A stretch of 64,000 nucleotides of DNA from Lysobacteraceae bacterium. GTDB taxonomy: Bacteria > Pseudomonadota > Gammaproteobacteria > Xanthomonadales > Xanthomonadaceae. Below the pieces are notes generated by a model. It made no database searches and was not told the DNA's origin. It saw only the letters and a list, made by a program, of their open reading frames with translations. A program made the position numbers and the translations under genes. The stretch's first letter is position 1. Each line of letters begins with the position of its first letter. The DNA is taken from the NCBI GenBank assembly GCA_021299355.1, contig JAJTGG010000001.1, positions 12,219 to 76,218 on the forward strand. Direction: 5' to 3'. Positions 18,977 to 27,697 of the stretch are shown here, piece after piece.

Positions 18977-20269
18977 ATGAGCACAGTAAAACCCTTCCAT
19001 CTGCCGGATCTGGGCGAAGGCCTGCCGGACGCCGAAATCGTCGAATGGCATGTCAAGATCGGCGATGTGGTCCGTCTGGACGCACCGCTGGTGTCGATGG
19101 AAACCGCCAAGGCCGTGGTCGATGTGCCCTCGCCGTTCTCCGGCAAAGTGCTGGCGCTGGCCGGCCAGCCCGGCGATGTCATCCTGACCGGCGCGGTGCT
19201 GGTCGAAATCGAACTCGATCCGAACTTGCCGCAACGCGCCGACGCCCAGGACACCGGGCATCACCACGGTGCACCGGCGGCACAGGCAGCACCGGCCTCC
19301 ACTCCAGAACCCGCGGCGGCCGAAGATGACGGCGATGCCGGCACCGTGGTCGGTGCCATGGAAAGTTCGAACGCCGTGCGCAGCGAACAGGCTATCGCCA
19401 TCGGCGGCGTGAAAGCCATGCCGGCCGTGCGCGCCCTGGCGAAAAAAATGAAGGTCGATCTTGCGCGTGTGCGTGCCACCGGTGCTGACGGTGTGATTAC
19501 CCTGGCCGATGTAAAAGCGGCAGCCGCGAATCCGTCAACGCAGTCCGCATCACCAGCGCCATCGGCGCCCGTCGTGGCCAGCGAGCGCCCAGCGGCTGCG
19601 ACACCGGCCTTCATGCCGCCCCCGGCCGGCGATGACAAAGACGAACCGATCCGCGGCGTGCGCCGCAACATGCTGCGCTCGATGAGCGCCGCCCATGCCG
19701 AGGTGGTGCCGACCACGCTGATGGATGATGCCGATCTCAGCACCTGGGCGGCGGGCGAAGACATCACCGTGCGCACCCTGCGTGCGCTTGCGATGGCCGC
19801 CAAGACCGAGCCGGCGATGAATGCCTGGCTCAACGCCAAAGAAGGCACCCTGCGTCGTCATAGCGCAGTACACATCGGTGTCGCCATCGATTCCGCCGAC
19901 GGTCTGTTCGTGGCCTCGCTGAAACACTGCGACTCGCGGGACGGCAAAACCCTGCGTGCCGAACTCAACCGCCTGCGTGATGGTGTGCGTGACCGCAGCT
20001 TGCCGCCGGAAGACCTTTCCGGCTACACGCTGATGTTCTCCAATTTCGGCGTGTTCGCCGGAAAATACGCAACGCCGGTCGTTGTGCCGCCGTGCGTGTG
20101 CATCGTCGGTGCCGGTCGGCTTTATCATGCCGTGGTACCGGTGCTGGGTGGCATGGAAACGCACCGCATGATGCCGATCTCACTGACTTTCGATCACCGC
20201 GCCGCCACCGGTGGCGAAGCCGCCCGCTTCCTGAAAGCGATGATTGACGATCTGCAGCGGTCGCGCTAA
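18977..20269 (+). CDS. 2-oxoacid dehydrogenase E2 dihydrolipoamide acyltransferase
   Basis: Lipoyl domain (METAKA), E3-binding domain, catalytic TFDHR. Confidence 0.92.
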   Translation: MSTVKPFHLPDLGEGLPDAEIVEWHVKIGDVVRLDAPLVSMETAKAVVDVPSPFSGKVLALAGQPGDVILTGAVLVEIELDPNLPQRADAQDTGHHHGAPAAQAAPASTPEPAAAEDDGDAGTVVGAMESSNAVRSEQAIAIGGVKAMPAVRALAKKMKVDLARVRATGADGVITLADVKAAAANPSTQSASPAPSAPVVASERPAAATPAFMPPPAGDDKDEPIRGVRRNMLRSMSAAHAEVVPTTLMDDADLSTWAAGEDITVRTLRALAMAAKTEPAMNAWLNAKEGTLRRHSAVHIGVAIDSADGLFVASLKHCDSRDGKTLRAELNRLRDGVRDRSLPPEDLSGYTLMFSNFGVFAGKYATPVVVPPCVCIVGAGRLYHAVVPVLGGMETHRMMPISLTFDHRAATGGEAARFLKAMIDDLQRSR

Positions 20270-20278
20270 ACAGGGTGT

Positions 20279-20593
20279 TCAGGCGGCGTGGCGGAAGCGA
20301 GTGCCGCGCCAGGCCCAGCCGGCCATGATGACCACCAGGAAAGCCTTGTAGACCAACAGACTGGCCAATACCTGCCGCCAGATCGAACCCGCTTCGATGC
20401 CGCGGTCGGCAATGGCGAATCCCCAACGGCCCGCAATAAAGGCCGCGAGGAAAGCGAGCAGCAGCAGCGCGAGGTCGAATCGCCGGCGCGCGGGCGTTTT
20501 TTCCAGCGAGCGCGGGTAGAACCAGTACAGCGCAGCAATAATCAGGAACCAGGGCAGAAACAGCAGCAAAGCGAGGTCGGCGATATCGGCCAT
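20279..20593 (-). CDS. Hypothetical membrane protein (3 TM)
   Basis: 104 aa hydrophobic ORF; TGATG coupling to trpS. Confidence 0.7.
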   Translation of the reverse strand: MADIADLALLLFLPWFLIIAALYWFYPRSLEKTPARRRFDLALLLLAFLAAFIAGRWGFAIADRGIEAGSIWRQVLASLLVYKAFLVVIMAGWAWRGTRFRHAA

Positions 20594-21924
20594 CAGACAC
20601 CCTCCTCCGCAAAGGCCGCCAGGGCATTGATGACCTGCTCGAGCGCCGCATCCGCGGCAAGCCTGCCCACCAGTATCTCGCCCAGATGCAGGCCGGCACC
20701 TGCGATATGGTGCAGTGAAGCCCCGCCTTCCTGCTTGAGGCGTGCAACTATCTGGCCCGCCTCGTGCGGAGACGCATGCCCAATCGACACCAGCAGCTCG
20801 CGGCCATCAGCTGCGACCAGCTTGAAATGGAAGCACCCATCCTTCTCCCGGTATTGCTTGAACACCGGAAGTGCCGCCTTTTCGACAGCAGCATCCATCT
20901 GCGTCGGCGAGACGCTGCCCAGATTGCGCAGGCCGACGGCCTGGCGCAATTCCCGCAGCAGCGGCGTGGCGATGGCACGGGCCTTGACGGCACCGGCCTG
21001 AAGGATGGATTCAATGCGTGCGGGATCGGCCATCAGCGCGTTGTAGCGTTCGCGCATCGGTGCGATTTCAGCATCGATTACCGCGAACAGTTGCTGTTTG
21101 GCGTCGCCCCAGGCGATGCCTTCGGCGAATGCGCTGCGCATGGCGGCAGTCTGCGCCGGCGTAGCGAAAGCCTGGTACAGCTGGAACAGAGCCGAGCCTT
21201 CGGTGTCCTTCGGCTCGCCCGGTGCTTTCGAATCGGTCAACAGACCCATGATCTGTTTCTTCAGCGTGGCGGCATCGGCGAACAGCGCGATGGTATTGTC
21301 GTAGCTTTTGCTCATCTTCCGGCCATCCAGGCCCGGCAAAGTGGCTACCGATTCCTCGATGGCCGCTTCCGGCAGGGTGAAATACGCCTGGCCGTAAAGA
21401 TGGTTGAAACGCGCGCCGAAATCGCGCGCCATTTCGATGTGCTGGACCTGATCGCGGCCGACCGGCACCTTGTGCGCGCCGAACAGCAGAATGTCGGCGG
21501 CCATCAGCACCGGATACATGAACAGTCCGGCCGTGATGCCGGCATCGGCATCATTGCCTTCGGCGGTGTTTTTATCGACTGCGGCCTTGTAGGCATGCGC
21601 GCGGTTGAGCAGCCCCTTGCCGGTCACGCAGGTCAGCAGCCAGGTCAGTTCCGGAATTTCGGGGATATCGGATTGCCGGTAAAACCAGACCTTATCCGGA
21701 TCCAGTCCGCAGGCCAGCCAGGACGCGGCGATTTCCAGTGTGGAGTGCTGGACGCGCGCCGGATCCTGCACTTTGATCAGCGCATGGTAATCGGCAAGGA
21801 AATAGAAACTTTCCACCCCGGTCTGCCGGCTGGCGGCAATGGCCGGGCGGATGGCACCGGCGTAATTGCCCAGATGCGGCGTACCGGAGGTGGTGATGCC
21901 GGTCAGGACACGCTGGTTGGCCAT
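20593..21924 (-). CDS. trpS: Tryptophan--tRNA ligase with C-terminal extension
   Basis: HLGNY (HIGH-type), VPVGRDQ..H.E, KMSKS. Confidence 0.96.
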   Translation of the reverse strand: MANQRVLTGITTSGTPHLGNYAGAIRPAIAASRQTGVESFYFLADYHALIKVQDPARVQHSTLEIAASWLACGLDPDKVWFYRQSDIPEIPELTWLLTCVTGKGLLNRAHAYKAAVDKNTAEGNDADAGITAGLFMYPVLMAADILLFGAHKVPVGRDQVQHIEMARDFGARFNHLYGQAYFTLPEAAIEESVATLPGLDGRKMSKSYDNTIALFADAATLKKQIMGLLTDSKAPGEPKDTEGSALFQLYQAFATPAQTAAMRSAFAEGIAWGDAKQQLFAVIDAEIAPMRERYNALMADPARIESILQAGAVKARAIATPLLRELRQAVGLRNLGSVSPTQMDAAVEKAALPVFKQYREKDGCFHFKLVAADGRELLVSIGHASPHEAGQIVARLKQEGGASLHHIAGAGLHLGEILVGRLAADAALEQVINALAAFAEEGV

Positions 21925-21930
21925 GGGGAA

Positions 21931-22062
21931 TTAGTTTTTCGCGGCGTCTTCGACTTTTTCGCCGGCTTTCTGGACGTCTTTGCCGACGCCTTCAATGGTA
22001 TTGCAGGCCGACAGGGCAAGCACGAAGGACAGGGTCAGCAGAACGGTTACGAGCTTTTTCAT
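21931..22062 (-). CDS. Entericidin A/B family lipoprotein (not in ORF track)
   Basis: MKKLVTVLLTLSFVLALSACNTIEGVGKDVQKAGEKVEDAAKN; lipobox LSAC; GAGGAG SD. Confidence 0.9.
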   Translation of the reverse strand: MKKLVTVLLTLSFVLALSACNTIEGVGKDVQKAGEKVEDAAKN

Positions 22063-22077
22063 AAATACTCCTCAGGG

Positions 22078-23004
22078 TTAATCAATGCGCATCAAGGTCG
22101 ATTTGCCGAACAGGCTTTCGACCAGATCCACGGCGAGCGCACCGGTCTTGTTATGTTCATCGAAAGCCGGGTTTAATTCAACTATGTCCAGCGAGCCGAG
22201 CTGGCCGGTATCGGCGATCATTTCCATCACCAGCTGCGCTTCGCGGTAGTTCGGGCCGCCCGGCACCGTGGTGCCCACGCCTGGGGCGATGGACGGGTCG
22301 AGGAAGTCGACATCGAAACTGACGTGCAGATGGGTGTTCTCATCGACGCCTTCCAGGGCTTCCTCCAGCGAACGCTTCATGCCTACTTCATCGATATAGC
22401 GCATGTCGTAGATGTCGAGACCGTAGCGGTGCACCAGACGCTTCTCGCCGATGTCGACCGAGCGGATGCCGATCTGGCGGATTTCCTCGGGCTGGATGGC
22501 CGGCTTGGTTCCGCCGAGCAGGGTCAGTTCATCCGGACCCAGACCGCACAGGCACGCGACCGGCATGCCGTGGATGTTGCCCGAGGGCGTGACCTGGCTG
22601 GTATTGAAATCGGCATGGGCATCCAACCAGAGGATGCGCAGCTTTTTGCCGGTGTCCCGACAGTGCTTGGCCACTGCGGTGATCGATCCGATCCCGAGGC
22701 AGTGGTCGCCGCCCAGAACGATCGGCAGTTCGCCGCGACCCAGGCTTGCGGAAACGGCCTCCATGGTCAGACGGTTCCATTCCGCCACTTCCGGCAAATG
22801 CCGGTAACCCTCGCTTGGCGGTTGCCACGGATTGACCGGCCCCTGCAGGTTGCCGTAATCGAGTACGTCCAGCCCATGGGAGCGCAGGGCATCGGCAATA
22901 CCGGCCACCCGCAGGGCTTCCGGCCCCATCGAGGCACCGCGGTGCCCGGCACCGATGTCGGTCGGAACGCCGATGAGGGCGATGGTGGGGATATCAACGG
23001 TCAT
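22078..23004 (-). CDS. rocF: Arginase
   Basis: GGDH, DAHADFNT...SGNIHGMP, SFDVDFLDP, ELNP. Confidence 0.95.
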   Translation of the reverse strand: MTVDIPTIALIGVPTDIGAGHRGASMGPEALRVAGIADALRSHGLDVLDYGNLQGPVNPWQPPSEGYRHLPEVAEWNRLTMEAVSASLGRGELPIVLGGDHCLGIGSITAVAKHCRDTGKKLRILWLDAHADFNTSQVTPSGNIHGMPVACLCGLGPDELTLLGGTKPAIQPEEIRQIGIRSVDIGEKRLVHRYGLDIYDMRYIDEVGMKRSLEEALEGVDENTHLHVSFDVDFLDPSIAPGVGTTVPGGPNYREAQLVMEMIADTGQLGSLDIVELNPAFDEHNKTGALAVDLVESLFGKSTLMRID

Positions 23005-23019
23005 AATGGTACGCCTGGT

Positions 23020-23095
23020 TGGTGCCGGCACCCGGATTCGAACTGGGGACCTACCGCTTACAAGGCGGTTGCTCTACCAACTGAGCTATGCCGGC
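23020..23095 (-). tRNA. tRNA-Thr(TGT)
   Basis: GCCGGCATAGCTCAGTTGGTAGAGCAACCGCCTTGTAAGCGGTAGGTCCCCAGTTCGAATCCGGGTGCCGGCACCA; 76 nt. Confidence 0.96.
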
Positions 23096-23139
23096 ATGGG
23101 ATGTCCATTGTACGCGAGCCTCATGGCTTTGCGTAGCCG

Positions 23140-23757
23140 TCAACGGCAGGTCTGCACCGGAATTTTCGGGTTCTGTTCGGCCTGCCATTGCGTGAAACCG
23201 TTCTGATTGCGAATGCTGGCATCAATCCACCACTGTTTCCATGTTTGCTGCTCGCTGCGCAACATGGCCTCCAGGCCGAGCTGCTGCACGACGCGCTGCC
23301 GCGCCTGGACATCTGCCAGCGAGGCGTATTGGCCGAGTGCGATGCTGTGGTCGAACTGGATTTCCGGAGCGCCGATCCCGGCACTGAGTAGGCTCTCCAC
23401 CAGCAACTCCGCATCCGCACGACTGGCACTGGCTGGGATATCCAGACGATAGCGCGTGCCGGTGACGCCGTCGGCCGTCCGCATCTGCATATCCAGGGTG
23501 ATGTACTCCAGGGATTGCCAGGCGCGCCGCATCGCGGTCTCCTCAGCAAAGGGACCAATCCGCCAGCAACTGCCGGCAGGCAGGCGCTGGCGTTCCTGCT
23601 GCAATTGCAGGTACTCCTGATGCAGGATCAGCCCCGGCGTGCCGGCTTCGGTCATCGGCAACACATGACCCTGCATTTCGGGTCGCCACATATTCCACAT
23701 CAGGGCACCGGCATTGGCAAACAGCAGCAACAGGCACAATCGGCGAAGCCAGATCAT
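23140..23757 (-). CDS. SPOR-like membrane-anchored protein
   Basis: N-terminal TM (LLLFAN), C..IGPF, IALG.Y; conserved position after birA-coaX. Confidence 0.75.
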   Translation of the reverse strand: MIWLRRLCLLLLFANAGALMWNMWRPEMQGHVLPMTEAGTPGLILHQEYLQLQQERQRLPAGSCWRIGPFAEETAMRRAWQSLEYITLDMQMRTADGVTGTRYRLDIPASASRADAELLVESLLSAGIGAPEIQFDHSIALGQYASLADVQARQRVVQQLGLEAMLRSEQQTWKQWWIDASIRNQNGFTQWQAEQNPKIPVQTCR

Positions 23758-23951
23758 AAGCCGCTCAGTTCGATGTAACGCAGCATGCCGTTGAAGATCA
23801 GATCGGGCGCGGCTTCGGCCAGAAGATCGAGCGCCAGATCGACCGCATGCGGATCATCGTAATCCAGAGCGGGTAAAGGGTGCCAGCCGGCGGCCTCGCG
23901 GTGCGCCATTTTGATCCGGCTATTTCCGCTATCGATCAGACAATCAGCCAT
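23754..23951 (-). pseudogene. coaX: Type III pantothenate kinase remnant with large in-frame internal deletion
   Basis: 65 aa; N-terminal LIDSGNSRIK joined to C-terminal PDLIFNGM; sits between birA and the SPOR gene; central GxDR, DxGTA and GGxIxPG motifs absent. Confidence 0.8.
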
Positions 23952-24915
23952 GAGACACCCTCACGCTGACTTCGCCGCTATGCAAGAGGTGACGGCCCTC
24001 GGCATCTTCGAACAACAGGGCGCCATCGGCGGTAATACCGCAGGCACGCCCATCGCGCTGCTTTGCGCCGTCCTGCACCCTTACCGCCCTGCCCTGCAGA
24101 CCATCCAGGGATCGCCAGTCCGCGATAAATGCTGGAAGGCCATCGCTTTCGAAACGCTCGAAACCCCGGGTCAATTCGGACAGCAGGCCTGCCAGCAGCC
24201 GGTTACGGTCCAAGACGGCATCGGTATGCTCCGCCAGTGCCGCCCAATCCTGATCGATGCCGGCACCGGCCTGGCGCGACAGATGCACATTGATGCCGAA
24301 TCCCAAGGTGACATCGCAGGGGCCATCGGCTTCACCGCGCAGCTGGATCAGCAGGCCGCCGCACTTGCGGCCATGCAGCCACAGATCATTGGGCCATTTC
24401 AGCGCAAGACCGGTGATGCCCTGCTTCTGCAGCGATTGCACGATCATGACGGCACAGGCCAGACTGAATCCCGACATGGCGGCAACCGGCAGATTGAAAC
24501 GGCGGTTGATACTGCAATGGATATTGGCCAGTGGCGGCGAACACCAACGTTTTCCGCGGCGACCCTGACCGGCCGTCTGCATTTCCGCCAGCCAGACCGC
24601 GATGCCTTGCGACGGTGCAGGTTCGGCCATGGCCCGCAGTTGTGTCGAATCGGTTTCGAAATCGATCTGCAGGCTGTACAGGTTCTGCCTGCTGGCGGCA
24701 TCCATCGCCGCGAGGATCACCGACTTCTCAAGCAACGGAGTCGGCCGCGCCAGTCGATAACCCTGACGCGCATCGGTATCGATCGCCACGCCACGCTCCC
24801 GCAGCAGCTCAATGCGTTTCCAGACCGCCGCACGCGATACCCCGAATTCGGCGGCCAGACGGACACCCGATTTCGGACCCTCCATCAGTGCGTTGATCAG
24901 CGCCGGATTATCCAC
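23944..24915 (-). CDS. birA: Bifunctional biotin ligase/repressor
   Basis: HTH SG..LA..FGVSRAAVWK; QTAGQGRRG, LKWPND, KCGG, HSGEVS; GTG start inferred. Confidence 0.93.
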   Translation of the reverse strand: MDNPALINALMEGPKSGVRLAAEFGVSRAAVWKRIELLRERGVAIDTDARQGYRLARPTPLLEKSVILAAMDAASRQNLYSLQIDFETDSTQLRAMAEPAPSQGIAVWLAEMQTAGQGRRGKRWCSPPLANIHCSINRRFNLPVAAMSGFSLACAVMIVQSLQKQGITGLALKWPNDLWLHGRKCGGLLIQLRGEADGPCDVTLGFGINVHLSRQAGAGIDQDWAALAEHTDAVLDRNRLLAGLLSELTRGFERFESDGLPAFIADWRSLDGLQGRAVRVQDGAKQRDGRACGITADGALLFEDAEGRHLLHSGEVSVRVSHG

Positions 24916-25528
24916 GGCGTGCGGACAACAGGCGCCCGAGCAGACGGGCTTTTTCAAACCGGTTTTCGGTTCCCGCGCGTAGACGCTGCAGATTGCTGCG
25001 GTGGCTGTAGGTCAACAGCAGGGCGCTGGCGGCGGCAAAGCACCACATGCCGGCATCGGCTCCGGACCAGGCCGCACTCAGCAGCAGACTGATTGCCGCC
25101 AACACCGTGGACAGGCCGACATAGCCGGTCAGCAGCAGACACAGGATCCAGACCGCGAACAACAGCAGCAGCGCCTGCGGCCAGACCAGAATCAAACCGC
25201 CGACCAAGGTTGCCGCGCCTTTGCCGCCGCGGAATCCGTGCCATAGCGGCCAGATGTGGCCGATGACGGCGGCGAACACGCAGGCGAAGGCGGCCTCATG
25301 ATGGGCGGGCAGGAAATGCTGCGCCAGCCAAGCCGCCAGCAGGCCTTTGCCGACATCGATCAGCACCACACCGAGCGCGAAAGCCACGCCCTGCGTACGC
25401 AACGCATTGGTGCCCCCGGCGTTGCCGCTACCGAAGTTCCGGATATCGACGCCGCGCAGTTTGCCCAGACACAGACTGCCGGACACCGAGCCGATCAGAT
25501 AGGCGGCGGCAATCAGCAGCCAAAGCAT
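24908..25528 (-). CDS. plsY: Acyl-phosphate:glycerol-3-phosphate acyltransferase
   Basis: YLIGS, GSGNAGGTN..R, D..KG, GH.WP....FRGGKG, HRSN. Confidence 0.95.
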   Translation of the reverse strand: MLWLLIAAAYLIGSVSGSLCLGKLRGVDIRNFGSGNAGGTNALRTQGVAFALGVVLIDVGKGLLAAWLAQHFLPAHHEAAFACVFAAVIGHIWPLWHGFRGGKGAATLVGGLILVWPQALLLLFAVWILCLLLTGYVGLSTVLAAISLLLSAAWSGADAGMWCFAAASALLLTYSHRSNLQRLRAGTENRFEKARLLGRLLSARRG

Positions 25529-27354
25529 CAGACGGACTCCGGAATGACCGGCTGATAGGAAATGACCAAGGCCCCGGGGCCGGCGTGGGCGCCGATGGCC
25601 GGACCGGATTCCACGCACCAGGCCTGCACGCAGGGCACCAGTGCGGTGAAGGCCTGCAGGAGCGCCTGCCCGGCCTCCGGATCACCGCAGTGGCCGATGA
25701 TGACGCGGTATTGCTGCGTGCGGTCGATACGCTTGGCGACATGACGCGCGTAGCGTTCAATGATATTGCGTTTTCCGAACAGACCGCTGTTCAGCCCCAG
25801 CTTGCCCGCCGGGGAAACCTTGGCGATGGCGGTCAGCCCCAAAGCGTTAGCAATCGGGCCGGCCCAACGCGGAATACGGCCGCCACGCACGGCGTGGCTG
25901 ATATCGGCCGTGCAGGCCCAGGTTTCGGTCACCGGCCGCAGGCGCTCCAGCAAGGTCATGATCTGCTCAGGTGTCTGCCCGGCCTGTGCTGCCTCGGCGG
26001 CGGCGATGACCAGCAGGCCCTGGCCGCCGGCGGCATTGGCGGTGTCGAAAATATGGATGCGGTCGGTGTGCCCGCGTTTGGCGGCGGTCTCGGCCGATTG
26101 CAGGGTGCCCGAAACCGCACGCGAAAGACCGACATACACCAGATGCGGATGGTGCGACAGCAGGAACTCGAATTGCCGACGGAAATCCCCCGGTGACGGC
26201 TGGCTGGTTTTCGGCAGCACCAGCTCGGTGCGCAGCTTGTGATAAAACTCGCCGGTACTCAGACCGACCTTGTCGAGATAATCGCTTTCGCCGAAGCTCA
26301 GACGCAGCGGCACCCAGTGCAGATTCAGTGTTTCCGACAGTACTTCCGGTACATCGGCCGAGGTATCGGTGATGACCACCACCGCATCGGTGCCGGCTGC
26401 GGTCCGGGCCTGGGCATGCATATCGTCGGCTTTGGTACCCTCGATCCGTCCGAAACGGGCCGCCAGATCGAACAACTGTTTCGGATTGCCGACATGCGCG
26501 TGTAGACGCATGCGTGAGTGGGATCCGGCAATCACCACGCAGGACGCGCCCAGATCGCCGACGGCGGCGCGCAGACCGCTGCGGTCGAGCCCCTCACCGA
26601 GAATCAGACATTCGCTGCACCAGCGGTGCTCCGGATCGGCATCGGCCAGCTCCACATGCGCCTGCGACACTTCGATGTCGGCGCAGTCGTTCTCGATTTC
26701 ATCATTGAGATCGATGTCGCCCTCGAGGATGAACTGGTAAACGCCTTCAAGCATATCGACGAAACCCTGCGCGCCGGCATCGACCACACCGGCTTTCTGC
26801 AGCACCGGAAGCTGGTTCGGCGTGTTGGCCAGGGCCTTGCGGGCATCGACCAGCGCCTCGCCGAACCAGTGCTTGAAATGAAAGCCGCGCTCCCGGCGAT
26901 GCAGGGATTCGGCAAAGACGCTGATGACACTGAGAATGGTGCCTTCCTTGGGTTCCGACAGGGCCTCGCGGGCGGTATCGGCACCGTGCTGGATGGCCTG
27001 GGCCATCTGTTCAAGGCTGGCGACCTGGGAATGCCCGATGCGCTCGGAGATGCCGGTGAAGAACTGGGCCAGAATGGCGCCGGAATTGCCGCGGGCACCG
27101 TCAATGGCATACTCGCTGACCCGGCGCAGCAGCTCGCCGGTGCTCTGGGCGCGTCGGCTGAGCGCACCGGTCAGCACATTGCCGAGGGTGAACGCCATGT
27201 TGCTGCCGGTATCACCGTCGGGAACCGGAAACACATTGATTTTGTTCAGCAGGTCGCGTTGCGCGATGACCCGCCGCGCACCGGATATCAGAGCCCGCCG
27301 GAGCATCGGGGCGCGGATGACCGGGGTGTCATGTTGCAGCGGAATTGTGTTCAT
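25528..27354 (-). CDS. Fused fatty acid kinase: FakA (DAK2) plus FakB (DegV)
   Basis: N-terminal INVFPVPDGDTGSNM, ARGNSG, PKEGTIL, GVVDAG, C.E and HxH; C-terminal TDTSADVP, PKTSQPSPG, LS..VSGT, GGRI, IGAHAGPG. Confidence 0.88.
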   Translation of the reverse strand: MNTIPLQHDTPVIRAPMLRRALISGARRVIAQRDLLNKINVFPVPDGDTGSNMAFTLGNVLTGALSRRAQSTGELLRRVSEYAIDGARGNSGAILAQFFTGISERIGHSQVASLEQMAQAIQHGADTAREALSEPKEGTILSVISVFAESLHRRERGFHFKHWFGEALVDARKALANTPNQLPVLQKAGVVDAGAQGFVDMLEGVYQFILEGDIDLNDEIENDCADIEVSQAHVELADADPEHRWCSECLILGEGLDRSGLRAAVGDLGASCVVIAGSHSRMRLHAHVGNPKQLFDLAARFGRIEGTKADDMHAQARTAAGTDAVVVITDTSADVPEVLSETLNLHWVPLRLSFGESDYLDKVGLSTGEFYHKLRTELVLPKTSQPSPGDFRRQFEFLLSHHPHLVYVGLSRAVSGTLQSAETAAKRGHTDRIHIFDTANAAGGQGLLVIAAAEAAQAGQTPEQIMTLLERLRPVTETWACTADISHAVRGGRIPRWAGPIANALGLTAIAKVSPAGKLGLNSGLFGKRNIIERYARHVAKRIDRTQQYRVIIGHCGDPEAGQALLQAFTALVPCVQAWCVESGPAIGAHAGPGALVISYQPVIPESV

Positions 27355-27487
27355 TCTTTGTTATGGACTTCTGAGCCGGGATGATACCGCCGACGGTCTG
27401 TCATTTTTAATGCACCGGCCCGATTCTTGCAACCTTTTTCGGGGCACCCGCATCTATCCAGAGTACGCACCAAAGAGCCGCAAACCC

Positions 27488-27697
27488 ATGAAAAGCTTAC
27501 TGATCATCGCCGTCCTCTGCCTCAGCCTGATTCTGATGTCCGGCATCACGCCCGCAAGCCGAACATCGGTGTTCCGGCCGGGGACGCTGGCAACGCCCGC
27601 GGCCAGCCCTGCAGCACCGACCTCCGCCGCATCGCGCAAAGGTGTCAGCGGCGGCCAGGCACGTTGGCTGCGGGTGGTTCCGGGATTATTCCGCTAG
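27488..27697 (+). CDS. Small exported hypothetical protein
   Basis: 69 aa; signal peptide, Ala/Pro/Ser/Thr linker, C-terminal RWLRVVPGLFR. Confidence 0.6.
   Translation: MKSLLIIAVLCLSLILMSGITPASRTSVFRPGTLATPAASPAAPTSAASRKGVSGGQARWLRVVPGLFR

Noticed and set aside
23020-23095. A-C mismatch in the T-stem suggesting a pseudo-tRNA
   Set aside because: The same mismatch is a normal feature of bacterial tRNA-Thr(UGU), for example E. coli thrU.
23800-23846. Three AGATCGnnCGC repeats as the cause of the coaX deletion
   Set aside because: They may simply reflect recurring A-x-D-L codons, and the breakpoint cannot be placed without an intact orthologue.
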